This document shows positions 1 to 9,660 of a stretch of DNA of 60,489 nucleotides, piece by piece; position 1 is the first letter of the stretch; each line of letters begins with the position of its first letter. Both the position numbers and the translations under genes were made by a program. Source of the DNA: a virus (taxonomy: Duplodnaviria; Caudoviricetes). Below the pieces are notes generated by a model. It made no database searches. It was given only the letters and a program-made list of their open reading frames with translations, and was not told the DNA's origin. Where the stretch lies: the IMG/VR virus record IMGVR_UViG_3300037336_000242, positions 1-60,489 of that record; one strand, given 5' to 3'.

Positions 1-507
1 AGCACAGCGCACCTATCGAAAATACGAACAAAAACTAGGCATTGCCCAGCGTGCCAAACAAAAACAACGGGTTAAATCCATCCATGCGAAAATTAAAAAT
101 ATCAGAAATGACTTTCAGCACAAACTCAGCCGTCAGTTGGTCGATGACCACGCGGCGATATTCGTTGGCAATGTGAACGCGAAAGGTCTGGCAAAAACCA
201 AACTGGCAAAGTCAGTGTTGGATGCAGGCTGGACGAGGTTCCGAACCATGCTCAAGTACAAAAGCCAGCAGGCGGGTGTATGGTTTGAAGAAGTCAACGA
301 AGCGTATACCACCCAGACGTGTTCGTGTTGTGGCTCACGCCAAAACAGTCCGAAAGGTAGAGCAGGACTTGGAATAAGAGAATGGACTTGTCAGGGTTGC
401 GGTACAACCCATGATCGCGACGTGAACGCCGCAAAAAACATTCTCGCGGCAGGACATTGCCGTCTAGCTGTAGGAATCCTCGTCCTTTAGGTCGAGGAGG
501 ATGTCAA
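1..507 (+). mobile_element. IS200/IS605-family element, right part ending at RE hairpin + TCAA
   Basis: tnpB followed by subterminal hairpin CCTCGTCC-TTTA-GGTCGAGG then AGGATGTCAA (478-507); TCAA is a typical IS200/IS605 right-end cleavage tetramer. Confidence 0.88.
2..490 (+). CDS. tnpB: TnpB RNA-guided endonuclease of an IS200/IS605 element (5' end outside window)
   Basis: Frame open from window start (AQRTYRKYEQKL...DFQHKLSRQL); C-terminal YTTQTCSCCG...WTCQGCG zinc ribbon and RuvC-III HDRDVNAAKNI. Confidence 0.93.
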   Translation, partial: AQRTYRKYEQKLGIAQRAKQKQRVKSIHAKIKNIRNDFQHKLSRQLVDDHAAIFVGNVNAKGLAKTKLAKSVLDAGWTRFRTMLKYKSQQAGVWFEEVNEAYTTQTCSCCGSRQNSPKGRAGLGIREWTCQGCGTTHDRDVNAAKNILAAGHCRLAVGILVL

Positions 508-682
508 TAGGCTGGAATCCCATAAACTCATAGGCGGGCGCGTTTGAGCCTTCTTTTTGTGGCGTGTTCTTTTGTGAATTTAACGCACGAAAGACAACCA
601 AGCACGCATCAAGCGCGTCGATTGGGTCGCCCTCGATGTCAATTGTGCTCAGCCCTGCAATCGCGCTCTGTAAATCGGACAT
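508..682 (-). pseudogene. 5' part of a late (probably head-associated) gene interrupted by the IS
   Basis: Starts MSDLQSAIAGLSTIDIEGDPIDALDACL, same tag as in the 1710-aa protein; preceded by late promoter motif; reading frame runs into the IS right end. Confidence 0.65.
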
Positions 683-718
683 GCCGCACCAATAAAAAAT
701 AGCCCTAGATTAAGGGCT

Positions 719-760
719 ATTGTGTGTGGGCGTTGTGGCTTGGTTTTGGCGGGTTTCGAT
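719..760 (-). promoter_or_regulatory. Putative late promoter (variant ATCGAAACC-N27-CACAAT)
   Basis: One-mismatch copy of the motif found before ten other structural operons. Confidence 0.55.
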
Positions 761-1045
761 CTACCAGCCCGCTTCATGGCGGTGCAGCTCAAGTACAATA
801 TCGAATGGCGGCATGATTTTAATGCCGCTCCATTCTGGTTGGCCGTACCGCACAAATTCTAACGGATCGCACGAATCGACCGACAACATACGGCCATCTT
901 CACCAACAACCTGCGACAATACGTCTTTAATGTGCGCTATACCATGCTGCGCACCCTCTAGGCGCATGCCGCTAGAATCTTCATCAAAGTACACTTCTAC
1001 GCCGCCAAAGGGCGTAAGCACACGGTACACATCATCGTCTATCAC
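761..1045 (-). CDS. hxr: Hxr-like small protein
   Basis: Overlaps ddrB-like stop as hxr follows ddrB in P1; YRVLTPFGGVEV...GEDGRMLSVDS resembles recalled P1 Hxr. Confidence 0.5.
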   Translation of the reverse strand: MIDDDVYRVLTPFGGVEVYFDEDSSGMRLEGAQHGIAHIKDVLSQVVGEDGRMLSVDSCDPLEFVRYGQPEWSGIKIMPPFDIVLELHRHEAGW

Positions 1046-4000
1046 TGTATTTTCTCCAGATGTCTAAAAACAAACTCAATGTTGCTTTCATTAGGCTTGC
1101 CCAGTGTGTAAGAGCCTTCCTTAACCACCGTTCTTGCAAGTTCAACGAATGCAGCCTCCGCATTATCAAAACCCGCCCCAGCAATAGCGTAATTAAATTC
1201 ACGACTGTGTACAACCAAAAAGCCCTTACCAACACGCTTGGTTTTTCGATTGCGCACCTTTGCTGAAAACAAACTAACGCCCTTATAGCCACCCATGTAT
1301 GACATATCAGGGTGACGTTTTTGATTGGCAGCCAAGCCCCCACTTGCGGCGGCGGCATCGTCAGTCAACCTCACAACCTCGGTTATTTTTTTCATCATCT
1401 TTGTTAGTCGCCCTATTTCTTCCTTTTTGACTTGCAGCACGTCATCAACTGTTTTTGTCGCCAATGCCTCAATGACGACTGCAAGCGGGTGTTTTGGTGC
1501 GGCAATGCCGCCTTTGATCATAGCAAACATTTGCGGGTCTTGGCCGATACGCTGCGCCAAAACGCTAGGCATGGCAAAAGACTCTAAACCCATACTCCAA
1601 ACCTCGGTTGTTTTGTCAGCGTAATACTTGCCCACATACGGATTAAAGAAATTACCCTTGTAGGCGAGTTCGCTTTTATCGTAACCAGAGTCTAATGAAA
1701 GGTCTTCTAGGCGGTGCAATTTATCTGATTCGCGCTTGGCTTCTAAAAACCCGTTGGACGCAGCCAATGCCGCCTTGTCAGATTCCATATGATGCCCCAT
1801 TTCGTGAAACAGTATCTGTTTGTCAAAGTCAGAACCAAGCTGCAAAGTCTTGCTGCTGACGCGATTTTGCGACTCTGTTGTGTAGGCGCGACGGTTGCCG
1901 CTGACGTAGTCCAGCGCAACGTGCGAAATACGCCCGTTGGTTAGCGCATACAGTTCAGCAAGGTCTTTGCGCACCTGATCAATGGGATACTTTAATTTTT
2001 TAAGATGTTTTGCAGCATCGTCACTAATTGGCTGCTGTTCAGCCCAGCCCTTTGCTGTTGTCGCATCAACCGCTGTAGCCTGCATCAGGCCATCCAAAAA
2101 GACTTGTCCGTGTGTTGCTAACTGCTCTGCCATCCTATCTTTTTCTTTCCGATAATCATCTTCAAGTGGCTGTTTAAACTTCTTCCAAGTAATCTTTTCC
2201 AGTATCTTGTATTCAGCATACAGCTTTTCCGAAAGGGCTATATCCTCTGGCGTTGACGGATTTATAGCTTTGTATTGCCTGACGATCAAATTCACACGCT
2301 CAACGTGCTCACGCCAACCCGCATCTGCCCGGCCTTTTAGTGCTACTGCGGCTTGCTTGATACCCTCCTCATATCTCACTGCATCATCGTACAGCGCGTT
2401 GCCAATCTCATGAGTGTCTTTTCCGCGTTCTTCATAATCAGCATATGTAAGCCCGTTCACCTTGGTTTCATCAAGACTGTTGGGGGTCGAAAAATAAGCA
2501 AATTCTTCTAATTCATCCAGTCCTTTGTTGCTGTAGCCTGCCTTTGCCATAAGCGTCAACATTTCCTTGAAATAACCAAGGGTCTGTGCTTTTTGAGCCG
2601 CCGAGCTGCCAGCGGCAACTGTATTAAGTACTTTTTTAGCATAACTCAAGGTTGCAGCGTGGTTAGTCGGATTAATCACGGTCGGTCGGCCAAGTTCCGC
2701 TAGGCATACATCCAGCACGCCCAATGGGTCATTCTGAATGTCTTGATTGGTCATCGTGTCGAGTTCGCTGGCGATAGAATCAAAGCCGTCTAGCGACTTC
2801 ACGACATTTACGGGTATTAAGCCCGTCCCATTGGCTGTCATGCCCAAGATAAACCGCTGCCCATCTTTGATTGTTTTACGGTCCTTGCCTTTACGTTTCC
2901 ATTCATCCATCGTGATCGTCTTATGGTCAGGATTGATAGCTGTTTTTTTTGCAGCTTTGGCGACACCTTCTTTTTTGATCTGAGATGCTTTAGTAGGCAC
3001 ATCAAACCCCTTACTTTTTAGGTGACTTATAAGTCCTTCTACCGTGTATGGCGTTTTGCGGTAGATTGATTCGAGTTTTATCGGGTCCCAGCCGCCGCCA
3101 ATTGTTAAACTAGAAGGTAAGCCATCTCGACTAAACCCGATGCTTTTAACAATATCTCCAGCAAATTTCATCGGCAAAACACCGTCAAGCAAGCCCCATA
3201 ACTGCATGGCTGCTTTGTCCATATCGGCATCCCGTGCGGCTTGGTTGCTATCTGCTTCACGTTGTCGCTGTTCGGGGTTCATTGCAGCCCGCACGGCGTA
3301 ATATATCTGTTCCGTAGCGAAACCAGACATCCATTTGTAGATAGGTGCGGTTGTTTTTTCATATGCGCTATCTCGGCGCTCCACTTGTTTTATATTTAAT
3401 TTAGACCAACCCGCGATATGACCAGAATACACACCGCTCGCCGCCGACATTACGGATTTGATCTTCTGTATATACTCTGCCATCAGTTCTGCTTTGGCTT
3501 GATCAAAAGCGGCTTGTTGCTCTGAGTTCTCAACATGCGGCATTGCTTTGGCTTCGGCAGCTCTAATGGTTTCTATATAATTGGTATGTGCCTGTTTTGC
3601 ATATTGTCCTGTTTGTCGATACATACCCGAAAACGCCTTTGCAAAGTCGCTTTCTGGGAATGGGATTAAATCCTCTGGGGTTTGTAGTTTTTTTTGCACA
3701 ACACTTTGCGCTGGCTCAAAGTCGCCAGTATCCGCTCTAGTGGCATTCACTGCATCAGCAATAATACCTTTCAGCTCGGAATCATTAGATAGAAGCGAAT
3801 AGAAATAATCGGGTTTTTTTGCTTTTTCAGCCTCATTTACAATCACATTTATGACTGAATTATTATTGATCCAGATATCAGCAATCGTATCAATGCCGTT
3901 TCCCCTGTTTGCAGCCTGCTCAAACATATCTTTATTGGCTAGTAACATCTCCTTCAACTTGCCTACAAGATGCGTCCGCTCATTCCCTGCGCTCAACACC

Positions 4001-6150
4001 CCCAAACACGCCTCCAGCACGCCCAATGGGTCATTCTGAATGTCTTGATTGGTGATTGTTTCAAAATCACCAATCATGCTATCAAACATCACTTTCTTGG
4101 TCGCTTTCTGAACCACCGCATCTTCAATTTCAGCCATTAGAACCAGTGGGTCGATTGTCCCCCTGTAAACATTCAGCACGCGCTTAATCACGGGGTCGCT
4201 GTAGCCCTCCACCGTGTGCAAGATGATCGCAGGTAGTGTGTCTTCATCGGCATCTAAAGCCATTTCGTACCGCTTAACGCCTGCAATCAGCAGCAGGTCG
4301 CCTAAGCGATTCTGTTGCAGCAGTAGCGGGGTTTTGGCGGTCGGTTGGCGTTCGCGGCTACCATTGGCGAATGGGTGAATTTTAACGTCATCTAGGTGGA
4401 CGTGCTCAAGTATGCCGTCCGCTAGGAATGAGTCGAATAGCGTACCATTGGCGGCATAGCTTGCAGCACCCCTGCCAAGCCCAAACAACCTCAAAAGTAT
4501 CTGCATTGCATCGTCTGCCGCCGCCTCGCTATTGAAAGAAAGATAAGATTCAACACCCCTAAGATTATCGCTTACTAACATGCCAGAAGGCTCGTCGTAA
4601 TTATCATCACCAAGTGCGTACAGTTGGCTCGACAGGTCGCTAATCTCACCTTCTGACAAGCCGCTCGCAGCGATTAACTCCTCCATCTCCGCATCATTAA
4701 ACCTATCCACCCCGATTACGATTAGACGATCATACCAGCCTATCGGAAATTCCCGCATCGAGTCAGGGTAAGCCTTTTGCAGCTTGCCTGAGCCTTTTTG
4801 CGCAGCAGATACACTATTGATTGGTTCGCTGGACATATCGCCAACACCAGCAGCGCTTTCTCTGCCTTTGCGTTGAGCCGCCAAAGCCGTTAAAAAGCCA
4901 TCATCTTGAGGGGCTTTTTTTGGTGATTTTGTGCTGATTGGCTTAATTAGGCGATTGCGGAACTCAAGCGTAAAATTAGGATCAGACGGCTTCACCGTAT
5001 GCAACACCATATCTAGCTCGTTATAGCAAACCAGACTTCCATCATCAGCCTGATAGACGCGCATGTCCTCATCATCATAAAGATACCCGACACCCATATT
5101 TGCACCACGAAGCGGCATTAACTGCTTCTTTGATATATTATTTATCAGCCAATCGCCTGCTTTGATTTTCGCGGCGGATCGCGCTTTTTTGCTTTCACTC
5201 GAATCATCTGAAGCTGTTGCCGAAAAATCTAAAATAATTCCAACATCGTCTGACTTATCGGATATTTCTGGCAGATCAGTAGGGCTGTAATTTGGGTCGA
5301 TTGCCGTTTTTACATTGTTTTCACGGCCTGCGGGGGTTATTTCAGCAGCCATTTCTTTGGTAGCCGCGTCTGCCATAACGCCTTTAGACCATTGTACAAA
5401 TTCATCTCTAGCAGGCTGCATTTCGACCGCGCCCACAAGGTCATCGCCTGTAGCCTTGCTAGATACATATTTAAACTCAGATCGTCTGCTTGAGACATCA
5501 ATGGCGGCAGATTTAAAAATGTAATGTTCAGTCTCAATATACGGTGCAACAGAAACCAACTTATCGCCATTTTTGCTTAGATAAAACCGACCACTATCAA
5601 TAAGCGACTGCATACCCGCGCTAAGTTCGCGCACAGGCGTAGCATTTGCCTGTTCGGCTTGTCGCTTGGGTTTGTGCATTTTCTGCTTTGCAATATCTGC
5701 AAGTAATTTGTGCGCCAAATTAGACGCATACGCTTGTAATTCAGCAGCAGTGGCATCTTCGATCCCAAATTTTTCGGCATTTGACGGTGACGCCTTTAGC
5801 TTTTCAAACACAAAGCCGCCCGATGATTCAGAAATATACCAGCTTGTACCGCTTAAACCAGTCCTTGATCCGTTTAATAAATCAATGCTTTGTCGCAAGC
5901 TGCTAGATTCGTCTAACAAGCCAACGTCATCTCGCATGTAATATCGACCGTCTTTTTTATCCCAATAGTTAATCAGCCCCAACTCTTTCCATGTGAGTAT
6001 TTCGATCTTCGTGGGCCGCACTGCGCGTAGTTGGTCGGCATCGTCATCAGACGCTATTAAGCTCCGCAACGCCCCCAAGCACACATCCAGCACGCCTAAC
6101 GGATCTCGCTCAATATCGGAATCTGTTACCGCTTGAATTGCCTTATCCAT
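1042..6150 (-). CDS. ddrB: DdrB-like polyvalent head/injected protein with C-terminal zincin metallopeptidase
   Basis: LFHEMGHHME (HExxH) plus YVGKYY...TEVWSMGLE; ParB-like segment TPLLLQQNRLGDLLLIAGVKRY; synteny darA-ddrA-ddrB-hxr; start MDKAI at 6150 preferred because the promoter -10 is at 6185-6190. Confidence 0.7.
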   Translation of the reverse strand: MDKAIQAVTDSDIERDPLGVLDVCLGALRSLIASDDDADQLRAVRPTKIEILTWKELGLINYWDKKDGRYYMRDDVGLLDESSSLRQSIDLLNGSRTGLSGTSWYISESSGGFVFEKLKASPSNAEKFGIEDATAAELQAYASNLAHKLLADIAKQKMHKPKRQAEQANATPVRELSAGMQSLIDSGRFYLSKNGDKLVSVAPYIETEHYIFKSAAIDVSSRRSEFKYVSSKATGDDLVGAVEMQPARDEFVQWSKGVMADAATKEMAAEITPAGRENNVKTAIDPNYSPTDLPEISDKSDDVGIILDFSATASDDSSESKKARSAAKIKAGDWLINNISKKQLMPLRGANMGVGYLYDDEDMRVYQADDGSLVCYNELDMVLHTVKPSDPNFTLEFRNRLIKPISTKSPKKAPQDDGFLTALAAQRKGRESAAGVGDMSSEPINSVSAAQKGSGKLQKAYPDSMREFPIGWYDRLIVIGVDRFNDAEMEELIAASGLSEGEISDLSSQLYALGDDNYDEPSGMLVSDNLRGVESYLSFNSEAAADDAMQILLRLFGLGRGAASYAANGTLFDSFLADGILEHVHLDDVKIHPFANGSRERQPTAKTPLLLQQNRLGDLLLIAGVKRYEMALDADEDTLPAIILHTVEGYSDPVIKRVLNVYRGTIDPLVLMAEIEDAVVQKATKKVMFDSMIGDFETITNQDIQNDPLGVLEACLGVLSAGNERTHLVGKLKEMLLANKDMFEQAANRGNGIDTIADIWINNNSVINVIVNEAEKAKKPDYFYSLLSNDSELKGIIADAVNATRADTGDFEPAQSVVQKKLQTPEDLIPFPESDFAKAFSGMYRQTGQYAKQAHTNYIETIRAAEAKAMPHVENSEQQAAFDQAKAELMAEYIQKIKSVMSAASGVYSGHIAGWSKLNIKQVERRDSAYEKTTAPIYKWMSGFATEQIYYAVRAAMNPEQRQREADSNQAARDADMDKAAMQLWGLLDGVLPMKFAGDIVKSIGFSRDGLPSSLTIGGGWDPIKLESIYRKTPYTVEGLISHLKSKGFDVPTKASQIKKEGVAKAAKKTAINPDHKTITMDEWKRKGKDRKTIKDGQRFILGMTANGTGLIPVNVVKSLDGFDSIASELDTMTNQDIQNDPLGVLDVCLAELGRPTVINPTNHAATLSYAKKVLNTVAAGSSAAQKAQTLGYFKEMLTLMAKAGYSNKGLDELEEFAYFSTPNSLDETKVNGLTYADYEERGKDTHEIGNALYDDAVRYEEGIKQAAVALKGRADAGWREHVERVNLIVRQYKAINPSTPEDIALSEKLYAEYKILEKITWKKFKQPLEDDYRKEKDRMAEQLATHGQVFLDGLMQATAVDATTAKGWAEQQPISDDAAKHLKKLKYPIDQVRKDLAELYALTNGRISHVALDYVSGNRRAYTTESQNRVSSKTLQLGSDFDKQILFHEMGHHMESDKAALAASNGFLEAKRESDKLHRLEDLSLDSGYDKSELAYKGNFFNPYVGKYYADKTTEVWSMGLESFAMPSVLAQRIGQDPQMFAMIKGGIAAPKHPLAVVIEALATKTVDDVLQVKKEEIGRLTKMMKKITEVVRLTDDAAAASGGLAANQKRHPDMSYMGGYKGVSLFSAKVRNRKTKRVGKGFLVVHSREFNYAIAGAGFDNAEAAFVELARTVVKEGSYTLGKPNESNIEFVFRHLEKIQ
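2711..4053. repeat. 41-bp identical direct repeat (2711-2751 and 4013-4053) encoding TNQDIQNDPLGVL; diverged copy near 6085-6120
   Basis: TCCAGCACGCCCAATGGGTCATTCTGAATGTCTTGATTGGT read at both positions. Confidence 0.9.
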
Positions 6151-6184
6151 CACTAAAAAACCAAAATAGCCCACGATTGGGGCT

Positions 6185-6226
6185 ATCTTGTTGGATATGG
6201 CGGACTGTTTTTGGTTTGGTTCCGTT
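6185..6226 (-). promoter_or_regulatory. Putative late promoter AACGGAACC-N27-CAAGAT
   Basis: Conserved bipartite motif upstream of ddrB-like gene. Confidence 0.7.
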
Positions 6227-6560
6227 AGGCTGCCATACCCCTCACAGCTTCGACAATCACGCGCACCACTGGCCGCAACTGTGGATGATCAAGGTCTTTT
6301 TGGCCTTCGGCTTTGACCTGCTCAATAAGCTGCTCAGTCACCGGTTCGCCATCGAGTACCGACTGGTATAGCGGGTTGGTCGGGGCTGGTTGTGGCTCAG
6401 TATTGCCACCACTATCGCCACCTAGCAGATCAATCACCTCAAGCATACGATCCACAGCTTTCATTTCATCGCGGCGTGACAGCTCACCACCACTCAGACT
6501 TTCAACAATTGCCACGCCTTCATCGACAAGGCGCATTAGTTCACGACGATTCATGCTCAT
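6225..6560 (-). CDS. ddrA: DdrA-like protein
   Basis: 111 aa, two helical halves with Gly linker, located between darA-like and ddrB-like genes as in P1. Confidence 0.55.
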   Translation of the reverse strand: MSMNRRELMRLVDEGVAIVESLSGGELSRRDEMKAVDRMLEVIDLLGGDSGGNTEPQPAPTNPLYQSVLDGEPVTEQLIEQVKAEGQKDLDHPQLRPVVRVIVEAVRGMAA

Positions 6561-6566
6561 ATCCCC

Positions 6567-9458
6567 TTATGCCGCTGCTTGCATGGCTTTTTTGGCCGCT
6601 GCTTTAACCAAGTCGAATGCTTGACCGACCAAATCATCTAATTCAGCGTTCGGGTTGGCTTCGAGTTCGGCATCCATGCGCTTCAATTCAGCTTGTACCG
6701 CCTTAATATCCGCTAGGGTTGCCAGTGGCGTTGCACCGCTAATAACGCTGTTTAGGTAGTCGGCATCGGGGCTTGTCGCTGGTACGTCTGGCTCTACCGC
6801 AGCAGGTACGGGCTGTGATAGACCTTTCACATAATCAACACCTGCTTTCGGCAAGTACATCAACCTGTTTGTAGGGGAAACCAAACTATCGACTAATTTG
6901 TAAAAACTAAAACCCAGCGGGGTATTATGCGGGCTTGTTTTTATCAGGGCGCGTAGTTCAATTAGTCGAATAGTGTCGGGGTGTTGCTTGTTACCAATAG
7001 GCGCTGACCGCTGCAACGACTCGTACTCTCTTGTAGTCGCATTGTTTTTGGCTGTATCAGGGCGCGTTAGCTCCTCTAATACCCAACCATCAGCCAATCT
7101 TTGATCAATAAGCTGTTTGTTTGTTGGTGCGCCGTCTTCATCGCTAGACTTGGCGCTTAGGTACTTCGTTTGACGCGCATCTTTTAATACATCCCCCTTT
7201 GAAGGCGCTACCACATCGGAATCATCCCCAATCAAGACCCCACTAGCACTAAACCCGCGATCAAAAAGCCATTTCGCCGCGCCCGATTTAGTTGTGAATT
7301 CTCTAAACTCAGTCGCTGTTGCCGCCATGATTTTACCATTACGCTGCAATGTACCGCTGCTTGTCTCGCCGTTGTAGCCGTCTTGCTGAATCTCCAGAAA
7401 AGGTGCAACTGCTTTTTGTGTATTGCCGCGTGCTTTTTCAGTATCAACCACACCTTGCATCTCTAAAAACTCAGCTTCTGTGCAACCTCGCCACTCAAGA
7501 ATACCGCTGACAATTTCCCGTTTACTTTTTCCAGCAATCTTCGTTGTGCCGGTGTAAGCGTCAAACACTTTACGGCTGATTTTGTTATCCGCGTCGGAAA
7601 AATAAGGCATGTGTTCTACCAATCCAGAATCGGTCTCCTCCATCGCCTTGATTCTTTCAATCATTAGGACCGTGTATCTAAATGATTGATCGTCGTTAGA
7701 GTGATCTAATGAGCTGGCTGATGCGATTGCAACACCCATCGCTTTTTTGAACTTTTCAACATCCATGCCTGCTGGGATTCTATCAATCCAGCTAGTGGTT
7801 TTTGCATCGGGCTGTGGCGCAATGGTTTTATTTGGGGCAATTAAATCACCTGTCATTGGGTTGGTACTCCAACCAGCGTTCAAAAGATCAATCAGTTTCT
7901 CGACCTTCTTTTCGCTCGAAATAACATAGCCACCTTGCACCCGCGACCATCGCCCGTTAATGCCTTTGGCTTCACATAATTGATTAATGCGAGTTCTTCC
8001 ACCGCCTTTACGTCTGTCAGATACGATCAAAACACCCTTAGCGTTGCGTTGCGGCTTGGTAATAACGTAGTTAATCGTTTGTCCATCGTACTCTTTGTAC
8101 TGCCCGTTATACGGCTTTTCATCACCAGCATTCCAGTCGTCAGCTTCGGCTTGTGTAACATCGTCAGACTCAGTCGCGGCGGGTGCGGGTCGGCTGTTTG
8201 CGGCATAGTGCTGCTCCGCTTCTTCACGGGTTGCAAACGACGCAATGCCCTCTGGTCGTACCGACAAAAACGGATATTTACCACCATCCTCAGAATCCCA
8301 CACGCCAGAGTAGCCCATAGGCGGCTTTTTGGATTGAACCACCGGCTTATCCAACTCAGCTTGCAGCACCACCATTTCAGCATCCAATCCCGCAATCGTC
8401 GCGCTGTGCTGTTCGATACGCCCGCTGACCTCGGTCAATTCCTGCGCGTTTTCGGCCTTTTTCGCATTGGTGCGGGTAAAGCGTGCGCTGTTTTGGTTTA
8501 CCAGCTTCATTATGCGAATAGCCAACACTGGCAACTGCACATCTTCACCTTGATTCGGCTGCACCGCCGCCGATACATCGCGGGCATTCAGTAGGATTTT
8601 CCAGCTAATCAGCGTATCGCCCGGCAGTAATTTTGACGGCGTAGAATCGGGATTGTGGAAAACAATAGAAACCGACTGACCATCTGAAACCTCAAAAATC
8701 GCGGCCACCTGCGTGACTTTATTGCGCTTGAAAGGCTCAGACTGGCGGTAGTTGCTGATCGTCAAGCCCCCGCCGGCGGCAGCATCCATAGCCTCAGACA
8801 AGAGTTGCATCAGCTTGTCCAGACGACGGTTTTCTACGATGATCGCATCGTAGCCCATCATTTCAGCACCAAGCCACTCAAGCATCGCGGGCATATCATC
8901 GGCTTTCATCGCATCGAATAGCTGCGAATCATCGTCATGTTTAACCAGATCAAGTAGTAGAGTAGCCGTGCTGCCACCGTGTGACTTTAGATTGATACCG
9001 TCCCACATCGCGGGTTGCATCGTGGTGACATCCTGCAAGGCCAGCAGGTTTTTGCTGTATACCGGCAAGTTATCGCGTGGATTTAGTTTTTCGCTGTTTA
9101 GATAGCGCATCAAACCTTTTCCATTCGACTCAGTAACCGCCTGCACTTCACAGCTATCAAAAAACCGCCCGTATTGGCTCTGTACCCACTCGACCGCCTG
9201 ATCAGCGTCTAACGCGCCAATGACCGCTACAGCGTCGAATAACGCGCCTGTAGCACCCTTAGACTTCAAGTTGACCACTTGCCATAGATCGGCATCGGTA
9301 GCCGTAGGCGATAGCAGGGCGTCGATCATGCGGCATTGGCCGACAATATGCCCAACTGCTAGATTTGAATAGATGTTATCGAAGCCTGGCACGCGGCGGC
9401 TAGTGCGTGGGGCGTGGGCTTGCACAAAAATGCTTGTGTTGGACACGGTTTTTTCCAA
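6567..9458 (-). CDS. darA: DarA-like defence-against-restriction head protein
   Basis: SDGQSVSIVFHNPD...DTLISWKILLNARDVSAAVQP...KLVNQNSARF matches recalled P1 DarA core. Confidence 0.8.
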   Translation of the reverse strand: MEKTVSNTSIFVQAHAPRTSRRVPGFDNIYSNLAVGHIVGQCRMIDALLSPTATDADLWQVVNLKSKGATGALFDAVAVIGALDADQAVEWVQSQYGRFFDSCEVQAVTESNGKGLMRYLNSEKLNPRDNLPVYSKNLLALQDVTTMQPAMWDGINLKSHGGSTATLLLDLVKHDDDSQLFDAMKADDMPAMLEWLGAEMMGYDAIIVENRRLDKLMQLLSEAMDAAAGGGLTISNYRQSEPFKRNKVTQVAAIFEVSDGQSVSIVFHNPDSTPSKLLPGDTLISWKILLNARDVSAAVQPNQGEDVQLPVLAIRIMKLVNQNSARFTRTNAKKAENAQELTEVSGRIEQHSATIAGLDAEMVVLQAELDKPVVQSKKPPMGYSGVWDSEDGGKYPFLSVRPEGIASFATREEAEQHYAANSRPAPAATESDDVTQAEADDWNAGDEKPYNGQYKEYDGQTINYVITKPQRNAKGVLIVSDRRKGGGRTRINQLCEAKGINGRWSRVQGGYVISSEKKVEKLIDLLNAGWSTNPMTGDLIAPNKTIAPQPDAKTTSWIDRIPAGMDVEKFKKAMGVAIASASSLDHSNDDQSFRYTVLMIERIKAMEETDSGLVEHMPYFSDADNKISRKVFDAYTGTTKIAGKSKREIVSGILEWRGCTEAEFLEMQGVVDTEKARGNTQKAVAPFLEIQQDGYNGETSSGTLQRNGKIMAATATEFREFTTKSGAAKWLFDRGFSASGVLIGDDSDVVAPSKGDVLKDARQTKYLSAKSSDEDGAPTNKQLIDQRLADGWVLEELTRPDTAKNNATTREYESLQRSAPIGNKQHPDTIRLIELRALIKTSPHNTPLGFSFYKLVDSLVSPTNRLMYLPKAGVDYVKGLSQPVPAAVEPDVPATSPDADYLNSVISGATPLATLADIKAVQAELKRMDAELEANPNAELDDLVGQAFDLVKAAAKKAMQAAA

Positions 9459-9475
9459 AATGCAATGAATGGCCT

Positions 9476-9518
9476 ATCTTGCGTAGGCGTGGGCGTGGGC
9501 GTGGCGTAGGGTTCCGTT
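9476..9518 (-). promoter_or_regulatory. Putative late promoter AACGGAACC-N28-CAAGAT
   Basis: Conserved motif upstream of darA-like gene. Confidence 0.7.
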
Positions 9519-9551
9519 TGAGAAAGATTGAAAAATAATTGACGAAAGGTG

Positions 9552-9580
9552 TTGACGGTTACGGATAACCGAGTTACATT
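9552..9580 (+). promoter_or_regulatory. Sigma70 promoter TTGACG-N17-TACATT with inverted repeat operator CGGTTA-CGGA-TAACCG (9556-9571)
   Basis: Near-consensus hexamers, 17-bp spacing, palindrome between them; points into the CRISPR-Cas cassette. Confidence 0.75.
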
Positions 9581-9660
9581 AGCTTCAACAGGACGGCAAC
9601 GGACTGTAGGGGATCACCCCGTAGTGACTTGGCACTGACAACCAAGATTAGGAAATCATC

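Noticed and set aside
7980-8594. Long plus-strand ORFs opposite structural genes (this and similar)
   Set aside because: Shadow ORFs antisense to well-supported genes, with no recognisable motifs
9481-9510. GCGTGG-type hexamer run
   Set aside because: Lies in the variable spacer of the darA late promoter; no evidence for phase variation or a G-quadruplex role
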